From: Fibrobacterales bacterium
GTDB taxonomy: Bacteria; Fibrobacterota; Fibrobacteria; Fibrobacterales; JAOPTW01
DNA: 17,309 nt
Direction: 5' to 3'
Assembly (NCBI GenBank): GCA_051532035.1
Contig: JAOPTW010000052.1
Span: 1 to 17,309, forward strand
Part shown: in pieces, positions 16,257 to 17,309 of the stretch
Position numbering within the stretch: the first letter of the stretch is position 1
Layout: each line of letters opens with the position of its first letter
Notes under the pieces: generated by a model
Databases searched by the model: none
Told to the model about the DNA's origin: nothing
Seen by the model: only the letters and a program-made list of their open reading frames with translations
Position numbers and translations under genes: made by a program

Positions 16257-16369
16257 TTGTTTTTTTGAATTTGAAAAGGGAAAGAGTAACATTAAAAACG
16301 GCTAAATAAACTAGAAATGTCATGTGAATATTTTGGTCTAATCAGTTATCAGCTTATCTAAAGCCAAAC

Positions 16370-17014
16370 CTACCGTATTCCCATATTTCTTCTGAAGAAC
16401 AACAAAGACAACCAGACTAAGATTGATGTCAACAAAAAATACCCCAAATTCACTGCCCAAAAGAGCTCGGGCACTGAGAAAATAAAAACCGAGTAGATTG
16501 GAGTTACTATGAGAATCATGAGAACAAACACCACACTGATTTGAGCTGCTGTACGTACGGTTTTAGAAAACATCGACACAACAAGAGAGAGGCTCCCCAC
16601 AAAGAGTGAACTGGAGATATTGGTCACTATTGCGAGAATAAGATCCCCTGGAGAAAGAGTCGTTAGGTTCCAAAAGAGAATTTGAAACACTATGGACAGT
16701 CCAAGAGGTACAGGAAAGACCGCAAGCATCTTACCAAAAAATATTTTTTCAAGAGAGATAGGCAGAGCCAGCAACAGCTCTAAGGTATTACGTTCTCGTT
16801 CTCCTGCAAATGAATCTGCCATGAGATTTACACACATAGTAGAGAGAAGAACACCGATAAGAATGAGAAGACTACTCCCCATATCATCAATAGCCCCACT
16901 CATTTGTGCATACAATTGAGATATCATAATAAATATTGGTGGAATTAAAAAGGGAATCCAAAAGCGTGGCTCCCGCCAGATCATTCTAAATTCGTGTCGG
17001 AAAAAGTTTAACAC
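16370..17014 (-). CDS. ABC-2 type transporter permease
   Basis: 214 aa with ~6 hydrophobic segments; motif DSFAGERERNTLELLLALPIS...IFFGK. GTG start with GGAG upstream, overlapping the previous gene. Confidence 0.9.
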   Translation of the reverse strand: MLNFFRHEFRMIWREPRFWIPFLIPPIFIMISQLYAQMSGAIDDMGSSLLILIGVLLSTMCVNLMADSFAGERERNTLELLLALPISLEKIFFGKMLAVFPVPLGLSIVFQILFWNLTTLSPGDLILAIVTNISSSLFVGSLSLVVSMFSKTVRTAAQISVVFVLMILIVTPIYSVFIFSVPELFWAVNLGYFLLTSILVWLSLLFFRRNMGIR

Positions 17015-17309
17015 TCTACAAGCTCCTTGTAGAGGTTATGGACACTCTCTTTTTGTGCGACAATTTCGCTCACCCCCACCCCTTGCTCTAAAAGGTACTG
17101 GAGTACAGCTGTATTGGTCGTTTGAACATCAGAGCACTCATAGTGCAATACCTGCGCTTCTTGATGCACCTCTGAGCCAGTAATACCTTGTAGATCAACC
17201 AATTGATCTGCACTGAGGTCTTTGCCTATTGACACTCGAATAAGAGATTTGTCTTTAAGAAGAATATCCGCTGATGTTCCAGCAAATGCAATGTGTCCCT
17301 GTTTGATAA
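17008..17309 (-). CDS. ABC transporter ATP-binding protein, C-terminal part (runs off the right edge)
   Basis: Frame open to the window edge: IKQGHIAFAGTSADIL (typical NBD end), then a C-terminal domain ending ESVHNLYKEL (SLEDxF-like). Directly upstream of the ABC-2 permease. Confidence 0.8.
   Translation of the reverse strand, partial: IKQGHIAFAGTSADILLKDKSLIRVSIGKDLSADQLVDLQGITGSEVHQEAQVLHYECSDVQTTNTAVLQYLLEQGVGVSEIVAQKESVHNLYKELVEC

Noticed and set aside
17008..17235. 75-aa ORF as a stand-alone gene
   Set aside because: The frame stays open to the window edge and includes an ABC NBD terminus; it is the tail of a longer gene.

Overview
AT-rich bacterial window, most consistent with a Fibrobacterota-like genome (two TIGR02147-type paralogues, several Ser-rich lipoproteins; taxonomy is inference). 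Left to right: the 3' end of an unknown gene, a lipoprotein GH3 beta-glucosidase, a 56-aa monocistronic small protein, and a heterodimeric ABC exporter pair. On the minus strand follows a run of RNase P RNA (rnpB), an Omp85-like protein, a TrmJ-like methyltransferase and a degenerate membrane GGDEF protein. Then come a small lipoprotein, two tandem paralogous [TIGR02147 HTH protein + translationally coupled lipoprotein] modules, and the 3' part of an ABC-2 transporter operon. The strongest candidates for novelty are: (1) an ~150-nt hairpin inserted in RNase P helix P12 whose apex resembles Rickettsia palindromic elements; (2) the duplicated TIGR02147-lipoprotein modules, which share a 32-bp-phased upstream motif, with one lipoprotein carrying a catalytically degenerate GH16-like domain (candidate glycan-related regulatory system); (3) an apparent ATT start codon for the first ABC subunit. 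All family calls come from manual motif recognition, not database searches.
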